64,000 nt of DNA from contig CBDBEV010000001.1 in assembly GCA_965204535.1 (NCBI GenBank), positions 1,504,001 through 1,568,000 of the forward strand, read 5' to 3'. Source of the DNA: a bacterium. Lineage in GTDB: Bacteria > UBA8248. Below, in pieces: positions 1-9,977 of this stretch; position 1 is the stretch's first letter, and every line of letters starts with the position of its first letter. The position numbers were made by a program, and so were the translations under genes. The notes beneath the pieces are model-generated. The model worked only from the letters and a program-made list of their open reading frames with translations, searched no databases and was not told the DNA's origin.

Positions 1-2
1 TG

Positions 3-2393
3 GCTGTTCATGAGACCGAGGTCCGGATCGTTCCGGGTCCAGCGGACCTTGTCACCCTGACGCAGTTCCATCCGCTCGACCTTGTAGACCTCGACACCGC
101 CAGTACGCGCCGCCAGACGGCGGGGCTCCCAGCGGACTTCCTCTCCATGCCTGCCTTCGAGGATGACCGCGGCGTTCGCGTGATCGACACCCGCCACGCG
201 CAACTCATCCCCCTTCTCGACGCCGAGACGCTTGTAGGGGCGATGGAAGGCCACCACGTCGCCCGGAGAATAGTTCGCGGCGAGCGATTTCTCGGGGTTC
301 GTGTAGCCGCGCGAGACGAGACGCTCTGTGTGGAAAGCCGGACCGTGTACGACGCCGTCCCTGACCAGGCGCTCTCTGACGATGGCGTTGATCTGTTCAC
401 GAATCGCGTGGCTCGGCGCCATGAGCCCGGCGTTTGCGCGCGCCTCGGGCGGGAGCGCGAGCCAGCGCGCGGCGGCGGCGCCCGCTAAGTTGTCGGGTTT
501 CACTTCGGCCACGTTGGAACCCAGTTTCCCGAAGGCGCGCTTCACGTCGCCCGCGAGCGTGGCCTCGACGGCGGCTTTCAGGTCCTGGTCGCGCTGGCGC
601 ATGATCTCGTCCATGGTCGCCGTCTTCATACCCGCTGCCTGCAACTGCGCGAAGGGTTTGCCGGCGTCTACGGCGTCGAGCTGTTTCTCATCACCCACGA
701 GAACGACCCGTGGCAGACGCAAGGTGCCCGCGATACGCAATAGTTCACGTACCTCGCGCGTCGATGCGAGGGAACCCTCGTCCACGACGAGGGCTGTCTT
801 CCCGTAGCTCGCGCGCAACTGTTTTTGGGCCTTTCTCGTGAGGCGGCCCTGGGCGACATCTGCGTTTCGCATGAGGAAGCGCTGGAGCGTCTCGCTCTCG
901 ATCCCGGCTTCTGCTTCGAGTGTCCGCGCGGCCGAAGCCGAGGGCGCGAGGCCCCGGACCTCGTAGCCGCGCTTCTCGAACAGAGCGCGGGCGCGCTTCA
1001 GCATCCTGGTCTTGCCGGTGCCGGCGTAGCCCTGCACGCCGACGACGCGGTCGGAATCGGTGAGGATCAACTTGACGGCCTCGCGCTGGCCATGTGTCAG
1101 CGGACCATTTCTGAGCGCCTTGTCCACGGCGCGGCCGCGCATGGCGGGCGCGCCCCGTCCGCGTCCGGAATTCAGGAGGGCGATGGTCTCGCGCTCTGCC
1201 GCCGCGGCCTTCTCCGTCGTGAGCATGTCCTTCACTCCGGGCAGGTCCGCCGCGTGCAGGACGCCCGTTTTTTCGAGCCTGGCCACCTCGCGCTCCGCTC
1301 CCGCCATCGACACCGCGCCCGGCCGCCAGGCGAGCGCGCCCGCGAGCAGAGCGGCGCGGTCGAAGACGGCCTCGCGTTCCGCGAGATGCGCCACGGCCCA
1401 CTCCACGGCCTCCCGAACGGGTTCGACGTCCACGGCTCCCCGGCCGGAGTCGCGGGATACGGCGCTCCTCGCCATCGCCTGGACGGCGAGGACCCCGGCG
1501 TTGAAGTCGAGATCAGCGGCTTGTTTTTGCCACACGGCCGCGAGAGTGGTCTTGTCGACCTCTCGCTTGCGCGCGCGGGTCATGAGCGCAGCCCTCCGGG
1601 CTGCGCGCTGATTCTCCTTCGTCGCGCCGAGTCCGCGTTCGGCCATCGCGGCCTCGATCTCCGCCCGCCGGGTCGAGAACGCCTCGATCACCTCTCTCGG
1701 GACGCCCGCGACCTCGAAGCGCCCGTCGGCGTGGGTCTTCTCGATATGGTAGCCGATTCTTTCAAGTTCACCTGCGAGTTCGGTCCGGTATATCGCGCCG
1801 ATCAGCATCTTCTGCGCGTAGAGCTTCTCGTTCGACATCGTGCGCCACTTGCCGTCCGTCCCCCGCACCATGTTGGCTACAACTGAGTGCGTGTGGAGCA
1901 TGGGGTCGAGGTTGCGCGACGTATCGTGCCGGAAGGTCGCGATGACGCTCTTCTGGTCTCCCGCCCGGACCATGCGCCCGGTCCCGGGATCGCTCACCCT
2001 GGTCTCGGCGACGTTTCGCTCGGCCCAGTCGAGGGTGCGCGCCACGGCCGCGTCGTGGGCCCTGATCGCGCGCGCGTCGCCGCCGAGGTAGGCCAGCAGC
2101 GAGACGGATTTAGGCGCCGAGAGGGTGAGGTCGCGGCCGGGGCGGTGGTGGAACGACCCGTCCTTTCCCGGGCGGCCGAGCCTGCGCCCCGAACCGTCGG
2201 GCACGCGGCCCTCGAGCACCGCTCGGAATACGTCCGGGTCGACCGGACCCGAGAGTCCCAAATCCTCCGCACCCCTGCCATGCCAGGCGCTCGCCTCCCG
2301 ATGCGCCGGGTCGTCCTTCGCGTAGTAGCCGTCGCGTTCGTAATAGGACGCCCCCTGCGCGGGAGCGGCGACGGCGCCGATGGATGCGACCAT
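3..2393 (-). CDS. traI: MOBF conjugative relaxase-helicase (TrwC/TraI), partial, runs off the left edge
   Basis: Absent from the ORF track because it is open-ended. Manual translation from ATG 2393: MVASIGAVAAPAQGASYYERDGYYAKD (paired Tyr), DLTLSAPKSVS, HDTSRNLDPMLHTH (HUH motif), then helicase motifs GYAGTGKT, VVDEGSL, LVGDEKQL. Confidence 0.95.
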   Translation of the reverse strand, partial: MVASIGAVAAPAQGASYYERDGYYAKDDPAHREASAWHGRGAEDLGLSGPVDPDVFRAVLEGRVPDGSGRRLGRPGKDGSFHHRPGRDLTLSAPKSVSLLAYLGGDARAIRAHDAAVARTLDWAERNVAETRVSDPGTGRMVRAGDQKSVIATFRHDTSRNLDPMLHTHSVVANMVRGTDGKWRTMSNEKLYAQKMLIGAIYRTELAGELERIGYHIEKTHADGRFEVAGVPREVIEAFSTRRAEIEAAMAERGLGATKENQRAARRAALMTRARKREVDKTTLAAVWQKQAADLDFNAGVLAVQAMARSAVSRDSGRGAVDVEPVREAVEWAVAHLAEREAVFDRAALLAGALAWRPGAVSMAGAEREVARLEKTGVLHAADLPGVKDMLTTEKAAAAERETIALLNSGRGRGAPAMRGRAVDKALRNGPLTHGQREAVKLILTDSDRVVGVQGYAGTGKTRMLKRARALFEKRGYEVRGLAPSASAARTLEAEAGIESETLQRFLMRNADVAQGRLTRKAQKQLRASYGKTALVVDEGSLASTREVRELLRIAGTLRLPRVVLVGDEKQLDAVDAGKPFAQLQAAGMKTATMDEIMRQRDQDLKAAVEATLAGDVKRAFGKLGSNVAEVKPDNLAGAAAARWLALPPEARANAGLMAPSHAIREQINAIVRERLVRDGVVHGPAFHTERLVSRGYTNPEKSLAANYSPGDVVAFHRPYKRLGVEKGDELRVAGVDHANAAVILEGRHGEEVRWEPRRLAARTGGVEVYKVERMELRQGDKVRWTRNDPDLGLMNS

Positions 2394-2394
2394 A

Positions 2395-4335
2395 TCAGTA
2401 GCTCCTCAGGCGATTGCCTTGCGGCTCCCCGGAGCCGGACGGATCGCCACCGTTATTTTCCGGAAGGGGAGGAGTCGAGCCGTTTTCAGGGTCTGTTTCG
2501 TGACCACCGGCCGGAGCAGTCTCCTCATCGGAGGGAGCGTTCACGGTTTCGGGCGCTTCGGTTCCCGCGCCGTCCTTCAAATCAGGAAGCGTTGCGTCAT
2601 CGCGCGGAATAAAACTCTCGGCCGCCTTGGCTCTATTCACGTAGTCGAGCTCGATGCGGGCCACCGGCCAGGGGCCGGGGAACTTGAGGTAGCCGTGCAG
2701 ATTCTCAAGACGCATGATCTCGGAAGGCAGGGCCAGAGGGCGCATCTCGCGGCGCTGCGTGAGCGAGACGCCGTCGCGCATGGCGCTCGCCCCGTAGCTG
2801 AGCCCCTCCGCGTATTCCGTGACCTCGCCGCGGCCCAGGCTCTCGGCCGACCAGCGCGCCGTCTCCTGGTCGGGCGCCGCCAGCACCACCCGGGTGCCGC
2901 ACAGGCCCGATACCGTCTCTGCGCCGTTTCGCCCGTAGAGGTCGCGAAGAGCCGATATCACCTGGATCCCCAGCACGAAACACCCCCCGAACTGGCGCGA
3001 TTCGGCGAGGCCGGGTTGCAGGCTCGGCACCTGGTGGAGGGTGGGGAGTTCGTCCAGCACAATCCAGACACGGCGCTCATCGTCCCGGCCGAGGGAGAGG
3101 AGCGCGTTCACGGCGATCTCGATCCAGGTCGAGATGAGGCCCCGGAGGCTCTCGTGCTGGTCGCCGCGCGAGGTCAGGAACAGGAAACCGGTCTCGTCCT
3201 CGCGCTCCACCCACTCCCTTATCGAGAAGGGCTTGCCTGAGTCGAGCAGGCATTCGAGCGCGCCCAGGTGCGCGGTCAGCATGGCGCGCACCGAGAGCGC
3301 GGTCTTGGGGTTCTCGGGGTCCACGATGGACTGCGCCACCGTGCCCTCCATGGCCTCGGCCAGGGAGGTGAGTTCGGTCTTGAGCAGGTGCTCGACGAGT
3401 ATCCGGTTCTCCGTCACGCCGCGCTTCCAGAGGACGCCCGCGCCGTTCGCGAACAGCTGCCGGGCGGCCGTGACCCAGAAGGGGTCCACCGTGTCCTTCT
3501 GCTGTGGGATCAGGGCGGCCGCCATCGTGTCGAAATCCCTGGGCGTCCTGGCTTCCAGGAAGGGCGACCAGCGCGGCGCGCGGGCGTCGAGGGGATTCAT
3601 CAGGACGTCGCGGGCGGGGTCAAAGAAGGCCCGCGTGTAGCTTCCCATCTTGTCGTAAAGGATGCAGCGCTCGCCCCGCTCCCTGATCTGGGCGACCAGG
3701 TCCGATATCAGGACGGTCTTGCCCGAACCCGTGGTGCCCGAGACGATGGTGTGCTGTGTCTCGGCGCGCTCGGGCCAGGGGACGCCCGCGACGCGGGGCC
3801 GCGTCCGCAACATGGAAGGGAACGCCGCTCCTGCAATTCTTGTGCAAAGCGGAAGCACGCGCCTTCCGAGCGCCTGCGCCGTGGTCATTTCCGCGCCCCG
3901 AATCCGCCTCGCGCGTGCCATGCGCCTGCCCAGCAGCCAGAAGGTGACGATGAATGCGGCGACACACGAGAGCCCCAGCCAGAGGCCCAGCCACGCTTTC
4001 GTATGAATGGTAGCGAGAAACCGCTTTCTGATACGCTCGATTCTGGGGTCGGACGCGATCAGGGAGATGGATTCGATCACCTGCACGCCTTCTCCCCACT
4101 CGTAGACCTGGCCCGAATCGGGAGAATAGCCGATGGCGAGCTTGGTCTCGGCGAGGGTCCCGAGTCCCACGACGCGCCATTCGTGCGCGCTCGTCGTCGT
4201 GAAGAGGCTCACCGCAGGGGTCAGGACGATGCTCAGTACGAGTCCCAGAATCCCCCAGCGCGCGAGCTGACCCCACATGCGGGCGTCGTGCAGCAGCGTC
4301 TGGCCGCCGCGAAGGGTGGCGTTTCCGATGGTCAT
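2395..4335 (-). CDS. traD: Type IV coupling protein TraD
   Basis: Two N-terminal TM segments, Walker A SGTTGSGKT, Walker B IVLDELPTL, AESRQFGGCFVLGIQ. Start reassigned to ATG 4335, which has a GGAGGAG RBS. Confidence 0.93.
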   Translation of the reverse strand: MTIGNATLRGGQTLLHDARMWGQLARWGILGLVLSIVLTPAVSLFTTTSAHEWRVVGLGTLAETKLAIGYSPDSGQVYEWGEGVQVIESISLIASDPRIERIRKRFLATIHTKAWLGLWLGLSCVAAFIVTFWLLGRRMARARRIRGAEMTTAQALGRRVLPLCTRIAGAAFPSMLRTRPRVAGVPWPERAETQHTIVSGTTGSGKTVLISDLVAQIRERGERCILYDKMGSYTRAFFDPARDVLMNPLDARAPRWSPFLEARTPRDFDTMAAALIPQQKDTVDPFWVTAARQLFANGAGVLWKRGVTENRILVEHLLKTELTSLAEAMEGTVAQSIVDPENPKTALSVRAMLTAHLGALECLLDSGKPFSIREWVEREDETGFLFLTSRGDQHESLRGLISTWIEIAVNALLSLGRDDERRVWIVLDELPTLHQVPSLQPGLAESRQFGGCFVLGIQVISALRDLYGRNGAETVSGLCGTRVVLAAPDQETARWSAESLGRGEVTEYAEGLSYGASAMRDGVSLTQRREMRPLALPSEIMRLENLHGYLKFPGPWPVARIELDYVNRAKAAESFIPRDDATLPDLKDGAGTEAPETVNAPSDEETAPAGGHETDPENGSTPPLPENNGGDPSGSGEPQGNRLRSY

Positions 4336-4501
4336 TTTCTCCTCCCGTTCAAGTTTTGATGAGCAAAAGTGTTTCGGGTGATTCCGGCCCGCGATGCGCC
4401 GGGCAGAGGCCGGGGAGAGAGACCTGAGGGAGCGGGTACGGGGCCGGGAGAGAGACGGCCGCGCCCGCAACAATCGACTCACGACCTGGGAGGAGCCATC
4501 C

Positions 4502-4849
4502 ATGAAAAACCGAAGACCATCCGCTTTGGCCCATTGTCTGGTCCTCTCCGGACCCGCAATCGCTTTTCTCTTCACCCTCTGCGTCCTCGCGTCCGGGAGA
4601 GGAGCGAGCCTGCTGTTCGCCGTCTGGTTCATCGCCGTGATCTGGAGTTTTCTCACGGCGCTTGCGGGCGCCCTGTGGTGGGCGTATCGCGGCGACCGGT
4701 CCGCCTTCACCGGCTACACGCTTCCTGAAAAAGACATCGATCGCTTCGAGTGGGCTTCCCGCACGGGGCGTTACGCCTGGCGCCGTGATTACGAGGAGGG
4801 GGGGCTTTACGATGACGATGGTCCCTTCGGTCACGGCCCCATCACCTGA
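4502..4849 (+). CDS. Small inner-membrane protein convergent with traG; candidate entry-exclusion protein
   Basis: GGAGGAG RBS, ATG 4502, 115 aa, two hydrophobic helices then a charged tail; 3' end overlaps the traG 3' end. Confidence 0.6.
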   Translation: MKNRRPSALAHCLVLSGPAIAFLFTLCVLASGRGASLLFAVWFIAVIWSFLTALAGALWWAYRGDRSAFTGYTLPEKDIDRFEWASRTGRYAWRRDYEEGGLYDDDGPFGHGPIT

Positions 4850-7752
4850 TCGCCAGAAAAACCGCTCCCGCTTTCCTTCTTCCTCTCAGAGGTGGACTCG
4901 AGTTTCTTTCCCGCTTCTTCCTGCGACACGTTGCGCGCCGTGCCGTAGAGTTTCCCGCCCATCCATTCGCCCACGACGGGCAGGTCCCTGACGACATGCT
5001 CACCGAGGGGTTTTTCGGTCTCCTCTGCCACCTTGGGACGCCCCTCCTTGATGGATTCCCCCGCCACGCCCGCGCGGGCCGTACGTCCTGCCTCCCTGAT
5101 GTCCAGTTCGGTCTCTATCTCCGCGCGCCCGCGCGCGGCCCGCCTGCCTGCTCCGCCCGGCCGGGGCGCGCCTGCGCCGCTTGCCTTTTCGCGCACCGAT
5201 GTCGACCAGTCATTCCACGCCGCGTCCGTCCCACCCGCTTCGCGCAATCCTTCCCTCGCATGATCGAATTCTGCTCGACCCGGCGCCGGCTCCACCCCTC
5301 CGCCCGCCGGAAAACGCTCCGCGATGAAGGCGGCGGCATGGGCGCGCAGCACTTCCGCGTCTTCCGTCGTCTGAGGCGATGCCAGGCGCATCGCGCCCGC
5401 GGCGCCTATCTCGCGCCCGTCCGCGCCCACCCGCGTCGTGAGCCACGTGAAGAAGGGCTGTCCGAGTTCGCTCTCTATCGATCGCGCGTTTGCGCGCACC
5501 TCGGCCGCCTGCGTGCTCCAGTTTTCCGCCTCGCGCCTGCTCACCGCCTCCTGCTCGCTGAAGCGCCGCATGCGCGTGAGATTGGCGCCCATACTCTCCT
5601 CCAGGCTTTTCATCTCGCTCTCGCCGGTTGCGCTCGTGTAGCGCCTCGAAGCGTCCGCCACGCGCGACCAGAGGTCGAGCAGGCCGCTCTGGCCCGCGTA
5701 GTCCGTCATCCGGTTCCAGGCCTCGCGCGAGAACGTCTGTCCGCGCCAACTCGCGGATCCGTCGGCGCCTATCCTGACGATGAAGTCGAAGCCGCCTCCC
5801 ACCCTGGCCTCGCTCGTGAGACTTGCCGCCTGCTCCTTCGTGATGCCGCCGGCCTGGGATAGTTTTTCGATATGGGATTCGAGGCGCTGCGCGCCCGCGT
5901 TCTCGCTCTCGGCGACGCCCCGCGCGTGGGTGACGCCGCTTCTCACGTCATGAGAGAACCGCTCGACCATGGCGGCCGAATCGGTCGCGGCGGCCGTTCT
6001 GGCTGTGGCCGCCTCGGCCGAGAAGTGGCGGGCCTGCTCGATTGCGGCGCCCGCACGGACCTCGTGGCTCTGGGCCAGGGATTCAGACAGCCTGACGCCC
6101 GCCGCAGGCACACGGCTCGTCGCGGAGCCGGCGTCCATGACGGCGGCGCCCTCTGCCGTCACGGTGTAGGCGGCGCCGCCGGGAGCGAAGCCGGTGTACC
6201 TCCCTGTGTCCACCTGCGCGGAGGTCCTGACCTGGTGACCTTCAATCGAGGCGAAGCGGTGCGTGTCCGCGCTCGTGTTACCGAGCGAGATGTTGCCCGT
6301 CGTACCCTCCTGCGCGGCGGACGAGGCGGCCTCCTGTCCGACCGAAAGCACCGAAGTGGCGAGCGAGGTCGCGCGGCCCACCCCGTAAGCGAGAGCCGCC
6401 GCGAGGAAGGGCACCGACATCGAGAGGTAGCCCGACATCACGGCCACGTCGGCCGCCACGGCCCTGATACCCGCCTGCGCCACGAGCGAAACGCCTATGT
6501 CGCCTCCCGGCATGAGAGCGGCCGCGCCCATGCGCTGCGCCGCCTCGCCCATGGCAACCCGGTGGAGGATTGCGTAGAGCGGACCCCAGCTTTGCAGCCA
6601 CACCAGGCCCGAGAAGTATGAACGGAATATCGACCCGCCCGCAGGGGTGAGCATCAACAGGACCGCCAGCGGAAACGCCCCCACGTAGAGGCACTCGAAG
6701 ACGATCCGCAGCATCGGCACCCAGGTCTCCGCCTGTCTCCCGATCGCCCGGTAGGCCGATACGGTCTGGGCTTGGGCGCGGGCCTCGGTGTAGGATCTGA
6801 GCGCCGCGGCGTTTCCCGTTTCCGTATTCCACTGCTCGCCCGCGTCGTGCACGGCGTTCAGCACCATCTGCTGGCGCAGCACCTCGGCGGCTGAGCGCGA
6901 CGCCCCGATCAGGAAATCGTGCGCCGCCGGAAGCGCCGCCATGAGTTCGGCCCGCGCGAGCGCCTCGCTCGCGGCCCCGGGGAAGAGCCTCATCCCGAAT
7001 ACGCCGGTCGCCCTCGTGACCTCCGCCGCCCAGAGGGCGTCGAGGCGCGAGGCGGCCGTAGCGCAGGTCACGATCTCCCGGTCCAGCGTCGTGGCGCCCG
7101 TGCCCGAGGCCGCGCCCCGGCTCACGTATTCCACCATGCGCGCGGGCGAGGCGCCCGCAGACGGCGAGCCCGGGGCGGTGACGAGCGCCCAGAGGTCCGT
7201 GCTCTCGCGCAGGTCATCCGCCGATATGTGGCCGAGCAGCAGGGCGTGGAACACGCATTGTCTCGCGTAGGCCCTCAGGTTCCGGGCGAAGACGGCGTCG
7301 GTCACCTCCATCCGGGTCGTTGCGGCCGCGAGCCTGGCGCCGAAGATGAGCCCGTGTCGGCGGTAGGCGAGGTCGGCCGGAAGGGAGAAGGCCTGTTCGG
7401 TCAGGCGCGTGAGCCCGTCTCCCACCCGGCTCGTGAGCGAGGCGAACAGCGCAAGGCCCAGCGGCACGTTCGCAACGACCGCGGGCGCCAGGGCCGGGTC
7501 CAGCCTGTCCACCACGCGCACCGTCGCCCTGGGAACCACCAGCGCGCCCCAGACGCAGACGAAGAGCAGCAGCCACCTGGCGTTGTCCTTCCATGACCCG
7601 CCGAAAGCGGTGCGGAAGAGCGCCCAGGCGAGTCCCGAGACCCCCGCGATCCGGGCGAGCGTGACGAAGGCGCCGCCTCCCGTGATGGCGGCGACGGCGT
7701 TCAGGAGGTCGACCAGGTAGGTTCCGCCTCCCAGGGTGAAGATTTCATACAT
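4831..7752 (-). CDS. traG: Mating-pair stabilisation protein TraG (F-type)
   Basis: Typical N-terminus MYEIFTLGGGTYLVDLLNAVAA, VANVPLGLA, WLQSWGPLYAIL; multiple TM segments; follows traH. Confidence 0.92.
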   Translation of the reverse strand: MYEIFTLGGGTYLVDLLNAVAAITGGGAFVTLARIAGVSGLAWALFRTAFGGSWKDNARWLLLFVCVWGALVVPRATVRVVDRLDPALAPAVVANVPLGLALFASLTSRVGDGLTRLTEQAFSLPADLAYRRHGLIFGARLAAATTRMEVTDAVFARNLRAYARQCVFHALLLGHISADDLRESTDLWALVTAPGSPSAGASPARMVEYVSRGAASGTGATTLDREIVTCATAASRLDALWAAEVTRATGVFGMRLFPGAASEALARAELMAALPAAHDFLIGASRSAAEVLRQQMVLNAVHDAGEQWNTETGNAAALRSYTEARAQAQTVSAYRAIGRQAETWVPMLRIVFECLYVGAFPLAVLLMLTPAGGSIFRSYFSGLVWLQSWGPLYAILHRVAMGEAAQRMGAAALMPGGDIGVSLVAQAGIRAVAADVAVMSGYLSMSVPFLAAALAYGVGRATSLATSVLSVGQEAASSAAQEGTTGNISLGNTSADTHRFASIEGHQVRTSAQVDTGRYTGFAPGGAAYTVTAEGAAVMDAGSATSRVPAAGVRLSESLAQSHEVRAGAAIEQARHFSAEAATARTAAATDSAAMVERFSHDVRSGVTHARGVAESENAGAQRLESHIEKLSQAGGITKEQAASLTSEARVGGGFDFIVRIGADGSASWRGQTFSREAWNRMTDYAGQSGLLDLWSRVADASRRYTSATGESEMKSLEESMGANLTRMRRFSEQEAVSRREAENWSTQAAEVRANARSIESELGQPFFTWLTTRVGADGREIGAAGAMRLASPQTTEDAEVLRAHAAAFIAERFPAGGGVEPAPGRAEFDHAREGLREAGGTDAAWNDWSTSVREKASGAGAPRPGGAGRRAARGRAEIETELDIREAGRTARAGVAGESIKEGRPKVAEETEKPLGEHVVRDLPVVGEWMGGKLYGTARNVSQEEAGKKLESTSERKKESGSGFSGDQVMGP

Positions 7753-7771
7753 GGGTTGTCTCTCTCCGTCG

Positions 7772-9184
7772 CTATCTCGAGGCCCCGGCGCCGCGCGTGA
7801 AGGCGAGCGCGGCTCTGAGATCCGCCGAGAGCGCACCGCTAAGTTCGGTCTCGATGAGGCGTAGCTTCTCGACCACGGCCAGGGCGGTGTTGAACCGCTT
7901 GAGACCCTCGTTCCGGTGGCGCGCGAGGGCGGCGCGGTTCCTGCGCAGTCCCTCGCGCCAGCGCGTGAGACGCTCGCCGTCCGCGATGTCCATCGAGCCC
8001 GCGCGCTCCTCGATCGCGCGGTGAAGGTCCGATATCCATACCTGGAGCACGTCGAGCGCCACGGCTTCGGCCAGCGCGTCCACCTCCTGCTCCACCACGG
8101 CGCCGCGGTAGGCGGCGGCCGCGTTCACGAGCCGGTAGACCGGCAGCGTCGTGAGGTTCACGAGTCCCAGCGCGTCGGCGGGTGGCGCCGTGTCCGTCCG
8201 CACCGCATCGACCAGGCGCCGGAGCAGTTCCGCGACCCGGTTCCGGAAACCCCGCGCCGCGGGCACCGTGAGGCGACCGAGTGTGGGGTTGAGACACTCG
8301 ACGGGAGTGTCGCAGCGGTAGACGGGCAGGTTGCCGCCGCCTTCCATCAGGATTTCGGTCACCCTTCTGTCCAGCGCCAGGGGTTCGAGCACGCGCACGC
8401 GGGGACCGGACGTGTCCGAATCCGTAACCGGCGCCGTCACGATGACGGAGCCCGCGACCGACATGGCGAATTCCCCTAAATCGCGGTCCGAAGCCAGGAA
8501 GCTCGAGGCCCTTACCGCGCGCCAGGCGTAGTTCACGTTGACGGGCGCCTGTTCCCTGAGCGGCCCCGATGCCGCGGCCAGGGTCGAATTGCGTTTCCCG
8601 TCCGCGCCGCAACCGTGGCGCGCGGCGGCGTAGTCCGAAAAAATCCCCTGCCTTGTTCCAATCGCGGCGCATATCGCGGCGCTCGCCCGGTCGTTCTTGG
8701 ACCAGACCGCGCCGACGAGCGCCTGGGCCGTCTCGCAGGAGTTCAGGTTCTGGTTGTTCACCCACTGCGCCAGGGCGCGGAGTTTCGACATGGTCTCGGC
8801 GATCACGGGCGAGATGGTCTCGAGCGCGAGTTCGAAGGCAAAGCCCGCCGCGTTCTGCGCCACGGCGCGGGCGAAGGCGATCATCTGGTCCGAATCGATG
8901 AAGGAAAACGCGCCCGCGAACGCGTCGATGCCCCCGCAGCCCGCGCGGTATGAGGGAAGACTCACCGTCGCGATCGACTCGGAGCGCACGGGCGCTCTCA
9001 AATAAAGGTTCCCGAGCGTCCAGTGGCCGGACGCCTGGCCGTCGAATGCGGTGGGTCCGGTCGTGTTCACCGCGGCGCCCCGCCAGAAGTTCTCCATCTC
9101 CGACAGGACGTCCGCGCGGGCGGGGGCAGTAAATAAGAACGCGGCGCCCAGGACGAACAGCATGAAAATCCGTCTAGTAGTCAC
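7772..9184 (-). CDS. traH: Conjugative pilus assembly protein TraH
   Basis: Signal peptide; PSYRAGCGGIDAFAGAFSFI and NSCETAQALV motifs. Confidence 0.95.
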   Translation of the reverse strand: MTTRRIFMLFVLGAAFLFTAPARADVLSEMENFWRGAAVNTTGPTAFDGQASGHWTLGNLYLRAPVRSESIATVSLPSYRAGCGGIDAFAGAFSFIDSDQMIAFARAVAQNAAGFAFELALETISPVIAETMSKLRALAQWVNNQNLNSCETAQALVGAVWSKNDRASAAICAAIGTRQGIFSDYAAARHGCGADGKRNSTLAAASGPLREQAPVNVNYAWRAVRASSFLASDRDLGEFAMSVAGSVIVTAPVTDSDTSGPRVRVLEPLALDRRVTEILMEGGGNLPVYRCDTPVECLNPTLGRLTVPAARGFRNRVAELLRRLVDAVRTDTAPPADALGLVNLTTLPVYRLVNAAAAYRGAVVEQEVDALAEAVALDVLQVWISDLHRAIEERAGSMDIADGERLTRWREGLRRNRAALARHRNEGLKRFNTALAVVEKLRLIETELSGALSADLRAALAFTRGAGASR

Positions 9185-9968
9185 TTCCGACCTCCCTTGC
9201 GGTCAGGGCGAAGATGCGCTCCGCCAACTGGTCCTCGGCGACGACGCCGAACGATACCGGGATCGCTCGCCCCGTCTTCGTGTCGTAGAGGACGACGGCG
9301 GGCAGTACCGGGACTTCAATGCCGAGACGCGCGGCGCGGCCGCTATCTGCGACCGCTTCGGGCCAGCCCTCGAGCGCACCCCCGGTCATCGAGACCGCGA
9401 GCATCTCGATCCCGTGACGCAGCGCGAAGGCGCGAAGTAGCGGCCCGAAGACGCGGCATCCCGGACATTTCTCAGAACCCAGGTAGATGAGGCCGTAGCG
9501 CTCGCCGAGCCCTTGCAGGACGCCATCGCGCTCCGCCCTTCGCTCTTCCGTCCAGAGCCTCTTGGCCAGCGCGCCCACCGGGCGCCTCAGCGTGTAGTCG
9601 AGGCCCGGGTTCGCCCAGACCGCGCGCCGGAAGGCGTCCGAGAACGCGGCGGCGGATTGTAAGGCCTCCTGCTGGAGGCGCAGGTAGGCCGTGACGTTCT
9701 TTGGTGTGGGTTCGAGGACAGCCCGCGCGCGGGCCTCCTCTAGCGCCCGGCGTGTCGCGAGGATCCGCTCTTTGGCGCTCGTGGCCGGCGGCGCCTTCGT
9801 CGCCCGCGCTTCCTCTTCCGTTTCCTCCTCGCTCCGGTCGCAATAGAAGTGCCAGCCGAGCGGCGACGCCTCCGCGCCGCACCAGCGGCGCCACTCCCGC
9901 GCCTCTGCGGGCAAGGCCGTAATCAGCACGAAAAGATAGGCGAAGGCCAATGCGCAGATTTTCGTCAT
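9174..9968 (-). CDS. traF: Conjugative transfer protein TraF (thioredoxin-like)
   Basis: GWHFYC, AVLEPTPKNVTAYL, CPGC, GVVAEDQLAERI; lies between traN and traH. Confidence 0.9.
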   Translation of the reverse strand: MTKICALAFAYLFVLITALPAEAREWRRWCGAEASPLGWHFYCDRSEEETEEEARATKAPPATSAKERILATRRALEEARARAVLEPTPKNVTAYLRLQQEALQSAAAFSDAFRRAVWANPGLDYTLRRPVGALAKRLWTEERRAERDGVLQGLGERYGLIYLGSEKCPGCRVFGPLLRAFALRHGIEMLAVSMTGGALEGWPEAVADSGRAARLGIEVPVLPAVVLYDTKTGRAIPVSFGVVAEDQLAERIFALTAREVGSDY

Positions 9969-9977
9969 GCTCGTTCC

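Noticed and set aside
147-2612. Plus-strand ORFs over the relaxase
   Set aside because: Shadow frames; the open minus-strand frame carries all MOBF and helicase motifs.
2395-4710. 771-aa TraD as given in the ORF track
   Set aside because: The N-terminal extension is antisense to the RBS-bearing membrane gene and looks non-coding; ATG 4335 has a strong RBS. Similar over-extensions were trimmed for traG, traB, traK, traE, traA, the ParB-like gene and hsdM.
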